Assembly (NCBI RefSeq): GCF_036365525.1
Contig: NW_027140453.1
Coordinates: 372,001 to 436,000, forward strand
Direction of reading: 5' to 3'
DNA from: Heterodontus francisci
Taxonomy: Eukaryota
DNA: 64,000 nt
Shown here one piece after another: positions 1 to 12,346 of this stretch; within the stretch, counting starts at the first letter, position 1, and the number at the start of each line of letters is the position of its first letter. Made by a program: the position numbers and the translations under genes. The notes under the pieces were generated by a model that saw only the letters and a list, made by a program, of their open reading frames with translations, had not been told where the DNA came from and did no database searches.

Positions 1-556
1 TAAACGGTGATCTGACTGAGGTGTTTAAAATGACTGAATGTGTTGATAGAATAGATAGAGATAAACTATATCCTGTTGTTGGGGGCGGGGCACGGGGGCA
101 GAACAAGTTGGTTTAAACCCAAACATCGAGCCAGGCTATTCAGGAGTGATGTCAGGAAGCATTTCTTCACACAAAGGGGCGTGGAAATCTGTTTCCTGTG
201 TGCAGATTAGTGTTTATAAGGTCAATAAAATTTTGCACGAATGGTGTGGTAGTGATTCCTTTAGAAGAACAACACTTTATCTTTAAGACAAGCAGTTAAA
301 CTATAAATGCATGTGCCAGAGTAGCATTTACCCCCACATCACGGGATTGTTTTTCATTACACCTCTGTTCATTNNNNNNNNNNNNNNNNNNNNNNNNNNN
401 NNNNNNNNNNNNNNNNNNNNNNNNNNNNNNNNNNNNNNNNNNNNNNNNNNNNNNNNNNNNNNNNNNNNNNNNNNNNNNNNNNNNNNNNNNNNNNNNNNNN
501 NNNNNNNNNNNNNNNNNNNNNNNNNNNNNNNNNNNNNNNNNNNNNNNNNNNNNNNC

Positions 557-1425
557 TGTCTATGGCTATCTAATTATCTGTCTGTCTACCTATTTCACTC
601 TCTATATAGAATCTTTATCCATCAATATTTATCTACAAATCTATCTGTTGATCCCTCTGTCTATCTATTCTCTAAACCACCTGTAGAACTCCCAATTCAT
701 TTCTTTCACTCTCGCTATCCAGTTATTTATCTATCTGTCTAGCCATCTCTCTATCAATCTGTCTATCTATTTCTCTATCTATTGATCCCTTTATCCAACT
801 GTATCTCTATCTATCTTATATGCCTATATATATATCTATACCTGCATTGCTCGATCTTTCTATTTAGTTCTCTATCATTATCTACCCACATATCACTCTA
901 TCTATCTATTGCTCTCTCCATCCATCACTTTCTTTCTTTATATCCAACTATCTACCTATCCATTTATTCCAACAGTTCATCTATCCATTTATTCATAACT
1001 TTCTTTAACTAACTATTTACCCATCACTCTGTCTATCTATTGATACCTCTATCCATCTATTTCGTTATATCCATCTATCTCTTCATCTCGATTTCTCTCC
1101 CTGTATCTCCCTCTCTATCTGTTGATATCTCTATCTATTGACTTTTCTGTCCATCTATATCTCCTATATGTCTATATAGGTCTATATGATCTGATATGAT
1201 ATGCCGATATATGTCTCTAGAGATCGATCTTTCTATCTAACGCCCTATCTCTCTATTAGTATCTATCTACCACTTTATCAATTGATGTCTCCATCCAACT
1301 CTCTTTATATCTATCAATAGCTTTCTATATTTATATCTATCTATCAATCCCTTTCTACCTATCAGTCAATCCTTGTCTATCTATCCATCTAACTCTCTTT
1401 CCGTCTATCCATCTATCTATCTATT
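557..1425 (+). repeat. Degenerate (TCTA)n simple repeat
   Basis: Imperfect TCTA/TCTG/TCCA tetramers next to the N gap at 374-556. Confidence 0.9.
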
Positions 1426-2069
1426 TTTATGTGCACCAGATTGACATTGGACTCTCATTGACAGGACCTGCATATAAGATCACAGACAGCAGGTGGCAGC
1501 AGAGATCAACATTTCATCCAATTCCATCATCCTGAGCTCCAGTGAGAAAGACAGGATGGAGGAAGGACAGGGGGCAGGAAAAAAGAAAGTTTGTTTGGGT
1601 GAAAAAGGGGGAAAAAAGAGATTGAAAGAACGTGACGAGAAAAGAGAGAAGAACTGCAAGAGAAATCCAAGGAAGGAGAAGAGTTTCGGAAAAAGGGGGC
1701 GGGACGGAATGAGAAAGTAGAGAAAGAAAAAGAGAAGGGAAAGAAAATGGAGAGAAGAAATCAGAACAAGAAAGAAAGACAGAGAGGAAGAGAGATAGAG
1801 ACAAAGAAAGATAAACAATGAAGGAGAGGAGTAGATTGAAAGGAATGACAAAAGATAGAAAATTGGTCGATACAATAACAGAAAGTTTGATTGGATGAAA
1901 TAAAAAAATTGATGGAAGAGAAGAATTAAAGAAAGGATAAAAGAATGATGGGGAGGAAGAAAGATAATTAAAATAAGGAACTGAAGACTGAAAGCATAAC
2001 TAAATGAATGATATACAAATGCTGAAGAAGGAAATTCAGCTGCAATAGGCATCACAGACTTTGCTGCAC

Positions 2070-2420
2070 TGACCCAGCAGCCACATTTCCTCTGCATGGA
2101 GGGGGCAGGTGCACGGGGCCCAGAGACAGCGTCTCACCCAGTAGGAAATGAGACAAACATGGGCTCAATCTGCCAGCCTCTGAGCGGAGAGCACAGCAAC
2201 AATAACAGGTGGCACTTTCCGTTAAACCACAGGGTGAAACTCGGGCGCAATGACCGACTTTACAAACCGTGCAGCGCGCCTGCATGCAGAAAGCTGAGCT
2301 GCACCATTTGAAAGTTCACATCCCACGGCCTCCGTTTGATATCTTTCCGTGCAGCTGCACAATGTTATTTTCCAGCTCCAGTCTTGTTTTGAGTTAATAT
2401 TTTCCGGAGGAAATGACACT
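2070..2420. promoter_or_regulatory. Candidate TRB 3' enhancer (Ebeta-like)
   Basis: Motif-dense unique island ~3.5 kb 3' of C: RUNX/ETS composite 2079-2093, E-boxes at 2106/2206/2352, RUNX AACCACA at 2225, several GGAA, TTTGAT/GATA at 2335-2343. Confidence 0.55.
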
Positions 2421-5070
2421 GTAACCGAATTTTAAAGTCACAGCACATTATCGCTCCGGTTCACTCAAGCAGACAATCACTTTAACAAGCAAAATGTTTA
2501 CCCCCATACAGTATGTAAGATTTCAGTGAACGTTTGGCCGACTCTGCTCTGTCTCATTGATATTTTCCAGTGTTACTGCTGAAATTTTTGCATTTAGGGT
2601 TGTTTTTTTTATATTTGGAGAATTGGAATGGGGAGTGAGCAAGTACTGGGAAAAAAGGGGAAGGGATGTGATTCGAGACCAGATTGTGTGTGTGAGAGAA
2701 AGAGCTAGGGAGAGCTGGGGAGAGAGACAAAGAGAGAGGGTGAGGGGAAGAGGGGGTAAGGGAGCGAGAGAGAGAGATAAACAAACAGAGGGGGCAAGAT
2801 ATGGAGAGAGAGAAAGACAGAGGGAAAGAGAAGGGAAGAGATGGAGAGAGAGAAAGACAGAGGGAAAGAGAGGGGAAGGGATGGAGAGAGACAAATAGAC
2901 AGACAGGATAGAATATGGAGAGAAAGACAGGCAGCGAGAGAGAGAGAGAGAGAGGGTGACAGAGAGACAGAAAGGCAGACAATGAAAAATACTGAGGAGT
3001 CAGCAACTTGGAAAACGGTAAGCGAGGTGATCGAGAGAGAGGGGGGAGGGGAGAGAGAGAGACAAACATGGTGAGTGATGGGGAATTAAGCAGGCAGCAC
3101 ACAGGAAGAGGAAGAAATGAGATAGAAAGGAAAAGAGGTAGGGGAATGGCTGCACAAGAGACACAGAGAGAAAGAAGGGATAAATGAAAGATACAGGGAG
3201 AGAAAAATAGAAAGAGAGAGGGAGAATGATAGTGGGGAATAGAAAAGGAGAGAAAGATGCAGGGCATTGAGAAAGGCAGGGGACGGATAGAGACAGAGAA
3301 CTGGTGAGATAGAGAGACCAGGAGCTAGAATAGTGGGTAGATAGAGCTGACAAAAAAGAGTTTCCGATTACCAAAAATGCAACGCTTGTAGCCTTCTAAA
3401 GCTGGTTTAAAGATTGACTCGATATCTACGTACATCAATCAGCCTGATAATGAAGGTATCTTTCAATGTCTGTAGCCAGTGAGAATGGGTTCATATTCCT
3501 GAGATGCAGGTCAGTGTGCACTGTTAGCCATCAGGAAAGAATGAACAGGCTGGGACACTTTTCTGTTGAATGAAGAAAGCTGAGGGGTGACCTGATAGAC
3601 GTCTTTAGGCTTACCGAGGGGTTTGATAGGGGAGATGGGGCCATAAATATAAGACACATCACTATTGAATCCAATCAGGAGAGACTTCTTTACCCAGAGA
3701 GTGGTGGGAATGTGGACCTCGCTACCACTTTAAGAAGAATAGCATCGATGCCTTTAAGGGGAAGTTGAGAAAGCACTTGAAAGAGAAAGGAATGGAAGGA
3801 GATGTTGCTGGGGTGAGATGAAGCATGGGTGGGAGGAGGCTCATGTGGAGCTGAAACACTGGCATGGACCAGACGGGCTGAATGGCCTGTTTCTGTGCTG
3901 AAATCTCTATGGAGCTGGGGTGCAGTTCAGACAAGGTCTCACTGAATGGCAGAACAGATGCGAGGATCAAAATGGCCCCCCTCTTGTTCCTAGGTTTCTA
4001 TGTACACAGCCTGGGTCTGGTGCAGTTAAACACAGAGGTGACTGGCTCGATCCCTCCCCAACAGTATCGCTCAGTAACCCCATAGGGCAGAAGGGAGACA
4101 GCAGCCACCTGTCATTACCCATCTCCCACGTGGACAATCCCTTGGCGACTGTGAGCGCCATTGCCCGCTCAGAGCAAACCATTTACAAAGGAGGGGTGCA
4201 GCGTCCTGGGTGCCAAAGCCGGGTTGAAATTGCCCAAATCTAGAACAGTCTGGTAAAGCACTCATCGGTGAAATTGCGTGGAAGGACAGCATTGTGGTAA
4301 GAATGGTCTGGGCTCATAATCCCAAGATATGAGTTCAAATCCCATCATGGTATCTGGGGAATTTCAATTCAGCTAATTAGCTCAAAATGTGCAATAAATA
4401 GCTAACATCAGCAATGGCGACCTTGAAACTGCGAGAGATTTGTATCAAACTCCACCTGGTTAACTCATGTTCTTTCGGGACGGAAATCTGCAGCCGTTAC
4501 CCGGCCTGGCCTACATGCAACTCCAGACCCACAGCAATGTGGTTGACTCATAACCGCTCTCTGAAATGGCCTAGAAAGACATTCATTTGTGTTCAGGAAA
4601 GTAGTTCATCGCCACCTTCTCAGTGGCTGTCAGGGATGGGTTACACATAGCAACAGGGAAACAGGAGACTATTTAGCCCACTCGAAGCTGCCATGTAGAG
4701 CGAGGAAGCGATTCTGCCCTCTCACGCCTGTTGCATAGAATTGGGTGGAGGAGGTCATTCAAACCAGGAGAGCCTGTTGCATTGCAACAGGAGGAGTCCA
4801 ATTCAGCCCCTCGAGCCTATTACATAGGCATAGTGTGAGGAGTCCATTAAACCCCGGCACATGTTCCGCCATTCAATTAGATCATGGAAGATCTGCACAC
4901 CAACCCCATTTCCCCATCTTTGCTCAATATCCCTTGATCCCGTTACCCAATAAAATTCATCTAATGTCCACCTGCATATTTTAATGTTGTTTGGAAATGT
5001 TGTGCCAAGCGCGTGGGGTAAAACTGAAATAATAGTGGAGAGAAACGGTTTTCTTTGTCGAAATATTCTA

Positions 5071-5076
5071 TTTATT
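5071..5076 (-). promoter_or_regulatory. Candidate polyadenylation signal for TRBC
   Basis: AATAAA on the minus strand ~780 nt after the stop codon. Confidence 0.45.
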
Positions 5077-5851
5077 TCTTAACCAGTGAACAAGAAAAGA
5101 AAAAAAAATGTAGAAGATCACAAGCGAGCTATCGATACTGGATCCACTGAGAACCCCACGACAAATAATGGACAATTATGAGCGCATTTTCCATTTGCAA
5201 TCGATGAGGTGTCTGATACAAATTTTTATAACATTTCTGCATTAACAGAAAAGGGAAAAAAGACATTAATAGTTGCACTAAACAGAACTTGAAGTTACAA
5301 TTTGTTTACTACTGCTTAATATTATACACGGCTTTACGAGAATTGCACGGAATGAGGGACTTAAGTTTCATGGAGAGATCAGCAAAGCTGGAATTGATCG
5401 CCTTGGCATTAACAACTGGCTTTTTCAAAGAGCTAGCACTTGCACGATGGGCCAAGTGGCCTCCTTTCGTCCTGTAAGGTTGTCTGTTTCTTTATAACGT
5501 TTCAAACAACACAGACTAATAATTAATAAACAGACAAAATAATCTGGAAAAAAAGTTTGCACGTTTCTCAAAGCTTCACCTCCTGAGACAACAGGAATTT
5601 AATACATTCACGAGAATATGAAAGGACTTATTCTAGTGGAAAAGACAGACTGGGGCTTAAAATTTCCTCTGTTCGTTTCCCGCAGTGGGGATGGGTATTT
5701 AAGGTTGTCCGCCAAAGTTACGCGGGTACAGCGGGAGTGGTTTAGACGAAATTCACCCCCGAGATATTCACAATAATCGTATTTTCTCTCCCCTTGCTCC
5801 CTCGTGTGTTCTGCTGCTTATCCATCTTTTGAGTTCATTAATTTGCGACGA

Positions 5852-5878
5852 TCAGTCAAACCTTTTGCTGTAAGACGT
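5852..5878 (-). CDS. TRBC: TRBC exon 4 coding part (cytoplasmic tail + stop)
   Basis: Poly-T tract...ataccag| then TSYSKRFD*; phase 0, matching exon 3. Confidence 0.9.
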   Translation of the reverse strand, partial: TSYSKRFD

Positions 5879-6823
5879 CTGGTATATGATAAAAAAAAGA
5901 GGGCGTTATTACCGTCATGGAATTATGGACTGATACAGAACAGAAGGAGGCCATTCGTCCCGCGTGCCTATACTGGCATTTTGAAAGAGCTGTCCAATTA
6001 GTCCCATTTCACAGTTCTTTCCCCTATAGCCCTGAGACTATTCCCTCCCCCACTACCTCAACCCCCTCAAACAAGTATTCATCCAATTCCCTCTTGAAAG
6101 TTACTACTGAATCAGCTTCCACCGACCTTTCAGCCAGTGCATTCTCAACCACAACAACTCGCTGGCTCAAAATATATTTCTCACCTGCCCCTCTGCTCCC
6201 TTGGCTAATCACCTTACAGCTGTGTCCTTGGTTGGGCAATCCTGCTGCCTCTTTGAAGCTGTTACCCCATTCATTGTCCTATCCAAACCATTCATCATTG
6301 TGCACACCTCTATTAAATCTCTCCTTAACCTTCCCTGATCCAAGGAGAACAATCCCAACTTCCGTATTCTCCTCACATCACTGAGGTCCCTCAACCCTGA
6401 TACCGTTCAAGTAAATCGCCCCTTCACCCTCTCCAATGACTCGACATCACTGTCCTGACCAGATCATCATGTGCATGAATAATCGAGACGAACCATGCAC
6501 ATGCTCTTTCCTGCTCATGCATTCCTAACCTTGCATATAAAGTCTTGTAAAATCACAATAAGTTCAATTATTTTCCAAGGGAAATTCCAGAACATTGACA
6601 ATTGTGTTCAACTGGATTAAATTGGTTGGTTAGTTTTGTGGGCACAGGAATGAATGGAAAGTGAATTGGTGTATTCCATCTGCGTGCAATAGGAATGCAA
6701 AACGTGGGCTCGTGAATATCGGATAATCACTCGTAATTTCAGTCTGGAATTCAGGAGAAACTTCTTTACCCAGTTTCACCATTACAATACCTATGTTAAG
6801 AACTTCAGTAATTTTAATCTTAC

Positions 6824-6930
6824 CTTAGTTTTCCAAGCAATTGTTGAGATGAAAATTGTATAAAAGATGCTTTTGCAGATGAGGATCAGGTATGTCAGTT
6901 TTGCCGTTGCCATGCTTTGGATTTTCGCCT
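6824..6930 (-). CDS. TRBC: TRBC exon 3 (connecting peptide + transmembrane)
   Basis: (E)AKIQSMATAKLTYLILICKSIFYTIFISTIAWKTK carries the antigen-receptor TM motif Y.IL..KS..Y with the charged Lys. Acceptor tttacag|, donor |gtaag. Confidence 0.95.
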
Positions 6931-8300
6931 CTGTAAAGTAAATGTAACAGAAAATGTTGCAATCTCTGTTCTCTCAAGGCAAGAAATGCTACTGCGTGAA
7001 AATGTAATGTGTGTCAGTGAAGCAGCCCAATGTAAGGGTCGAGCTGCGAAAGCAGAACTGATCTCCCTTTGACGCAAGGAGCCCTGGGGTATTCCTTACT
7101 ACAAATGGAGTTCAGCAATATGGCCGATCTGAATTGGGGCCGCTGTAACTTCTGTGTCAGCTATGGCTCACGTATGTATCAGATCTAGCTGATTGGGTAA
7201 CGCTCTCCTGTCTGAGTCGTACGATTGTGGGTTCATGCCCCAGTCCAAAGACATGAACCCCATAATCCAGACTGACTCTCCCAGTGCCAGTAGACAGCGT
7301 GTGTGCTGCACTGCAACTTTGGAGGAACCTTCTTTGAGATGATGTGTTAAACTAATTTAACCTCTGGGAAGTGGAACTGTCCCTCTTATCTCCACGCCAG
7401 ATTCACACTATCAACTCCCAAGGAATTGTAAGTTTTAAGACAGGTGTACACAGCTCCCTCCCCTCCCATCCCCAGGCGTCTCCTCTCCCTCATCACACGG
7501 CAGCATATTTCCCTGAGGTCGTGAACCCAAGAGGACCGTGAGGTTATATCATTCGACTAGGCTGATTTCGAAATTCCCACGGCCTTTCCCTCCCAGAGGA
7601 GTTTTCTCATAAACTCGTTGTGCATGATAGTATGTATAACTGTAAAACTACAGCTTGGAAATGTTGAAATGAGTATATACATGAAATGTCTGACACAGTA
7701 ATAATTCCAGAATTATTGGTGAATATTTTTTGAGTCATGGAGTCATTACAGCACAGAAAGAGGTCATTCGGCCCATCGAGTCCATGCAGGATCTCTACAG
7801 AGCAATCCAATCAGTCCAGCTCTCCCCTTCCATCTCCATTGCCCTGCAAGTTAATTACCCTCAACAGTCCGTCCAGTTTCCTTATGAAATCATTCATTAT
7901 CTCCATTTCCACCACCCTCGTAGACAGTGACTTCCAGGTCATTACCACTCGCTGCATAAAACACTTCTTCCTCACATCTACCCCCCCACTGCATCTTTTT
8001 CCCAAAGCCTGAAAACTGTGACCGCCCCCCCCCCCAGTCCTTGTGCCAGCAACTCATGGGGACAACTTTTCTTTGTCTACCTATTGTAAACCTGTCATAA
8101 TCTTGTACAACTCTGTCAAATAGCCCCTCAATCTCCTTTTCTCCAAGGAGAACAACCCAGGTTCTCCAATGTAACTTTGTAGCTAAAATTCCTCATCTCT
8201 GGAACCATTGTGGTAAATCTCCTCTGCACCCTCTCAAGGACCCTCACCTCCTTTACAAAGTGTGGCGACCAGATACAGATAGAAGCAGATAGATATTCAC

Positions 8301-8321
8301 CTTTACTTATACCGCACATTT
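8301..8321 (-). CDS. TRBC: TRBC exon 2 (hinge, interchain Cys)
   Basis: 21-nt exon (E)MCGISK with polypyrimidine ttttcccag| acceptor and |gtgaat donor; phase 1 at both ends, matching exons 1 and 3. Confidence 0.93.
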
Positions 8322-8641
8322 CTGGGAAAAGAAAGAAAAATCAATAAACATTCAGCATCAGAATATTTTATGAAATCACTGTGTAAATGTAGATTATCAC
8401 AATTGAGTCCCGCACTGTAGTCTAATATATTGAGAGTCATTTTAATTGAGTGTTTAACCATATCTTCCCCTTTACACTACAATATTGTTCTATTTCATGA
8501 ATTATTTAATTATTTATTGACTTACTGATACATCTACTTGCTTATTCGTACTTTCATAAGAGCACAGGTGCGATATAAATGCAACTTTCTGATTTCTTTG
8601 AAGCTGAAATAAAATGGTATTGGTCTCACTAGTGTGCCTAC

Positions 8642-8992
8642 CTGCTTTGACAGCTAATGTTGAACTGCTTGTTGCAGGCACTGATTCGTTAGTGTAGAGA
8701 TCTACTCTGCACTCAACGTTCTTGGACCGAGCCCAATCTAGGGCGTCGAATCTCAGCCGGCTGCTGATGCTGTAAGATGTATTTTCTTTTGATAGGATGG
8801 CATTGAGATCAGTGTGAATGTTCGTGTCATTAGCATCTTTCTCCTTGCCATCGACAAGCCAGTGGATCTTGATGTTGTCGGGGTAGAAGTCGCTGACGAG
8901 GCAGACCACAGTGGCTTTTTTCTTTTCTCTAATCTCTTCGGGAGAGGGCTCAAAGACAGTAACTTTGGCAGGCCTAATCGTATCGTTTTCGC
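8642..8992 (-). CDS. TRBC: TCR beta constant region exon 1 (Ig C1 domain)
   Basis: Encodes (G)ENDTIRPAKVTVFEPSPEEIREKKKATVVCLVSDFYPDNIKIHWLVDG...YSISSRLRFDALDWARSKNVECRV. Has the C1-set Cys/Trp/Cys and the TRBC-typical FEPSxxEI..KATxVCL and SSRLR motifs. Acceptor cctgcag| and donor |gtagg; 351 nt. Confidence 0.97.
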
Positions 8993-9085
8993 CTGCAGGA
9001 AAAGTAAATGGAGACAATATGGATGAGTATGAAACCCGTCTTGAGAATTTTAAACCACCAAACAATATCAACCTTTCAATCCTAG

Positions 9086-9138
9086 CCAGAGCAGTTAATT
9101 TTGTGCCAACTCCAGAATAAACCTCTCTGTTTCCCGAA
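9086..9138 (-). pseudogene. TRBJ: Atypical C-proximal TRBJ (donor lost, in frame with C exon 1)
   Basis: SGNREVYSGVGTKLTAL (F to S in FGxG). Donor GT replaced by CT. Weak RSS: CACCGAT-12-GTAGAATCA. Confidence 0.75.
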
Positions 9139-9399
9139 CACCGATCAGTCATAAAACGTAGAATCAGTTTGCAACCTCGACATGCTTTTGTACATTTTAA
9201 CCCAAAGTGGCAGAAAATGATCATCTCAACCTCTTAGTCATTGAGGGAAGTACAAGTCTGTCTCATTATGAAAGAGGTTCTCCTGTCTATCTGAAAAGTG
9301 TTATCCTGAACTCTGGGCCAGCCTGTTCTCAATAAAAAGGCTATCACTCACCTTGTCCCATTATCTAGAGCCCTTTCCTATCAGGGAGGTTATGGGGAA

Positions 9400-9960
9400 C
9401 ATTTCTAAAGCTCTGGTTAGGCCACAACTAGAGTTTTGCAGCCAGTTCTGATCACCACATTTGAGGAAGGTAGTGAGTGTCCTTGAGAGGGTGCAGAGGA
9501 TATTTAACAGAATGGTTCCAGGGATGAAGGATTTTAGCTACAAGGTTAGGTTGGAGAAGCTGGGATTGTTCTGCTTGGAGCAAAGGAGATTGAGGGGAGA
9601 TTTGATGGCAGCGTACAAGATTATGACGGATTTAGATAAGGTAGACAAAGAAAAACTTCACCCATTAGTTGTTGGTACAAGGACCAGGAGAGACAGATTT
9701 CTGGTGCTGTGCAAAAGATGCAGGGGGGGTGTGAGGGGGGACATTTTTATGCCACGTGTGGTAATGACCTGGAACTCGCTGCCTGCAAGGGTGGTGGAAG
9801 CGGAGACAATGAATGATTTCAGAAGGAAATTGGATGGACACTTGAGGCAAATTAACTTGCAGGGCCATAAGGATAGAGCGGGTGAGTGGGACTGATTGGA
9901 TTGCCAGACAGAGAGCTGGCATGGACTCGATGGGCTGAATGGCCCCCCTCTGTGCTGTAT
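9400..9960 (+). mobile_element. CR1 LINE 3' fragment
   Basis: LERVQR...LEKLGLFCLEQRRLRGDL...RVVMTWNSLP. Similar fragments at about 3530-3900(+), 5915-6450(-), 7735-8270(-), 10050-10780(-), 14600-15130(+), 27750-28330(+), 40600-41725(-), 43010-43650(+). Confidence 0.9.
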
Positions 9961-11352
9961 TATGATTCTAATCCTACTCTTGTCTCTTCCCCCAAATGTA
10001 ATATTTAATAATTAGTGCTACCGTAAACTCACACATGAAAGGAGGGGACCATTCAGCCTGTTGTGTGAATTCCAGCTCTTTGGTAGATCTAGCCAATTAA
10101 TCCTACTCCCCACCCTGTTCTTCTCACATAACCCAGTAAACTATGTACCTTCAAACTCTCTCTATTTCCCTTTTGAAAGCTACTTTTGAAGTGAAGCTAC
10201 TATTGAATCTGCTTTCAGCACCATGTCAGGCATTACATTCCAAATCACAACAACTCGCTGTTCAAACAAAATATTTCCTCATCCCCCCTTTTTTTTTCCA
10301 ACGACCTTAAATCTGTGTCCTTCTGGTTACCGAACCTCCTACCACTGGAAAAAAGGGTTTCTCCCTTTTAACTCTATCGAAAGCCTTCCTGAGTTTCAGC
10401 ACCTCGATTAAAATTTTCCCTGTACCTTCTCTGCTCTAAGGAGAACAATCCCAGCTTCTTCAATCTCTTCACGATTTCTGAAGTGCCTCAACTCTGGAAC
10501 CATTCCAGTCAATCTACTCTGCATTCTCTCTAGGGACTTATCCTGTTTTCCAAAGGGTGGCACCAGAGTGGAACACAATGCTGCTACTGAGGCCTAAACA
10601 GTATTTTATAAATGTTCATGATAACAGCTTTGCTTTTTCCCTCTGTGCCTCTGTTTACAGAGCCAAAAGGATTCAGTGTGCCTTTTGATAGCCTTTTGAA
10701 CCTGCCCTGCCACCTTCATAGATTTATGAACATACATCCCCCTGGTTTCTCTGTTCCTGCACCCAATTTAAAATTGTACCGTTTGAGAAACAATGTATTG
10801 GCTCAAAGAAAATAAGGGGAGTGTGTCCGAGCCAATATTTATCCGTCATTCAACACTTCACATCCACCATTTCCGGTTATCTGGTCATTTAGTGCAATGA
10901 TGCTTGTGGGATCTTGCTGTGCGCATTTTGGCTGAAACCTTTCCCTACATTACAACAGTGACTACACTCCACAGTCAGTTCTTTAACTCTAAAGCTCTAT
11001 GAGCGTAATATTGCGAAAGAAATACCTGAACAGGTTTGGGTTTACAGTCAAGACTCTGTGAGAATGCCATGAATATTAAAATGATACAATCATTAACATA
11101 ATGACTGATGCCTAATTTTGTTACATTTTTGTTCTGAATATTGAACCATTGGAGATTTCAGGAGACTCCTCTTCACCCAGAGAATAGTGAGAATGTCGAA
11201 TTCGCTTTTTTTTTTGACTCGGAGGTAAGAGTGTCACCACTGTGTAACTTCACTGAAATACTTAAACCCAAGCTGTATTTTGAGAACTGGTCTCTTTCTC
11301 AACCAGTTGAGCTGCAATTGACAGATGCAGTTTGACAATGGTGCGTCTTTAC

Positions 11353-11404
11353 CTAGCACGCGTTAGTTTGGTACCTTTGCTGCAATACACGAAAGTGCCT
11401 TGCG
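11353..11404 (-). pseudogene. TRBJ: TRBJ relic
   Basis: QGTFVYCSKGTKLT, then a +1 frameshift, then VL|gtaaag. Heptamer-like CACGTTG but no nonamer. Confidence 0.6.
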
Positions 11405-12346
11405 CACGTTGCTGTCCAAAATCTGCCTGTTTGCAAAGGGGCTGAACACAAGTTTAATTTTGGTCTTAACAATTGTACTTTTATTGGGACTTCCTCCCTC
11501 TGGGATTCGCCACGCTGTTGTTTGTCTTCAATTAATTTTCCCTTTATATTTTGTCTGCTTTTCCTGGTTACTTGCGAATGTGTCTTTATTTTAAGAATAA
11601 GTTTAATGAAACAACATTGATCTCCCCTTCGCCTTCTCTGCTCGAAGGAGAACAATCCCAGCTTCTCCCATTTCTACACACAAGTGAAACCTCCCCATGT
11701 CTGGTACTATTCTAGTAAATATCTTCTGCACCCTCTCTATGGCCTTGACATCCTTCCCAAAGTGTGTTAGCCACGAATTGGTCACAATACTCCAGGCGAG
11801 GCCTACCTGGTGATTAATAACAGCAAAAAATTGCATTTAACTAGCACCGTTGATGCAGTGAAAAATCTCACCATCAGAGCAACTCAGACAGCAACTTGAT
11901 ACCGAGTTATCGAAGTAGATATTAGGGACAGGTGAACAGTCAAAGAAGTAGGTTCTAAGATGCTTCTTAAAGAAGGAGAAGAGGGAGAGAAGCAGAGGTG
12001 TTTCAGGAGGGAATTCCAGGGTTTCGGGCTCAGGCAGCTGAAGGCACATCCGCCAATGGTGGGTTCAAGGGAGCGGAGGATGCACAAGAGGCCAGAATTG
12101 TTCGGAGCACAGGGAAATCATCAGGGGTTCTTTTAGGTCCAGAGGAAGTTACAGAAATAAGGAGCCACCGCCTCACTGACAGAACAATGCACTAATCCCG
12201 CGTAATTGTCCCCTACACGTGAAATGAATCCTTGTGTTCATCTGCTAAAATCCCTCCCAACAATTAGAAAACTGCATCCGTACAACAACAGCAGACCTTG
12301 GTCCATCCATCATTAACTGAGACCTCTTGTACTGTCAGCTACTCAC

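Noticed and set aside
1454-1555. Possible last exon of EPHB6 or an inverted V 5' relic (QQ...APV after an AG)
   Set aside because: No frame matches an Eph SAM/PDZ tail, and similarity to the CAWS-family V start needs several indels. Too weak to call without alignment.
1480-3374. Long Leu/Ser/Phe-rich and Arg/Glu-rich ORFs
   Set aside because: Low-complexity purine/pyrimidine tracts that are depleted of stops by composition.
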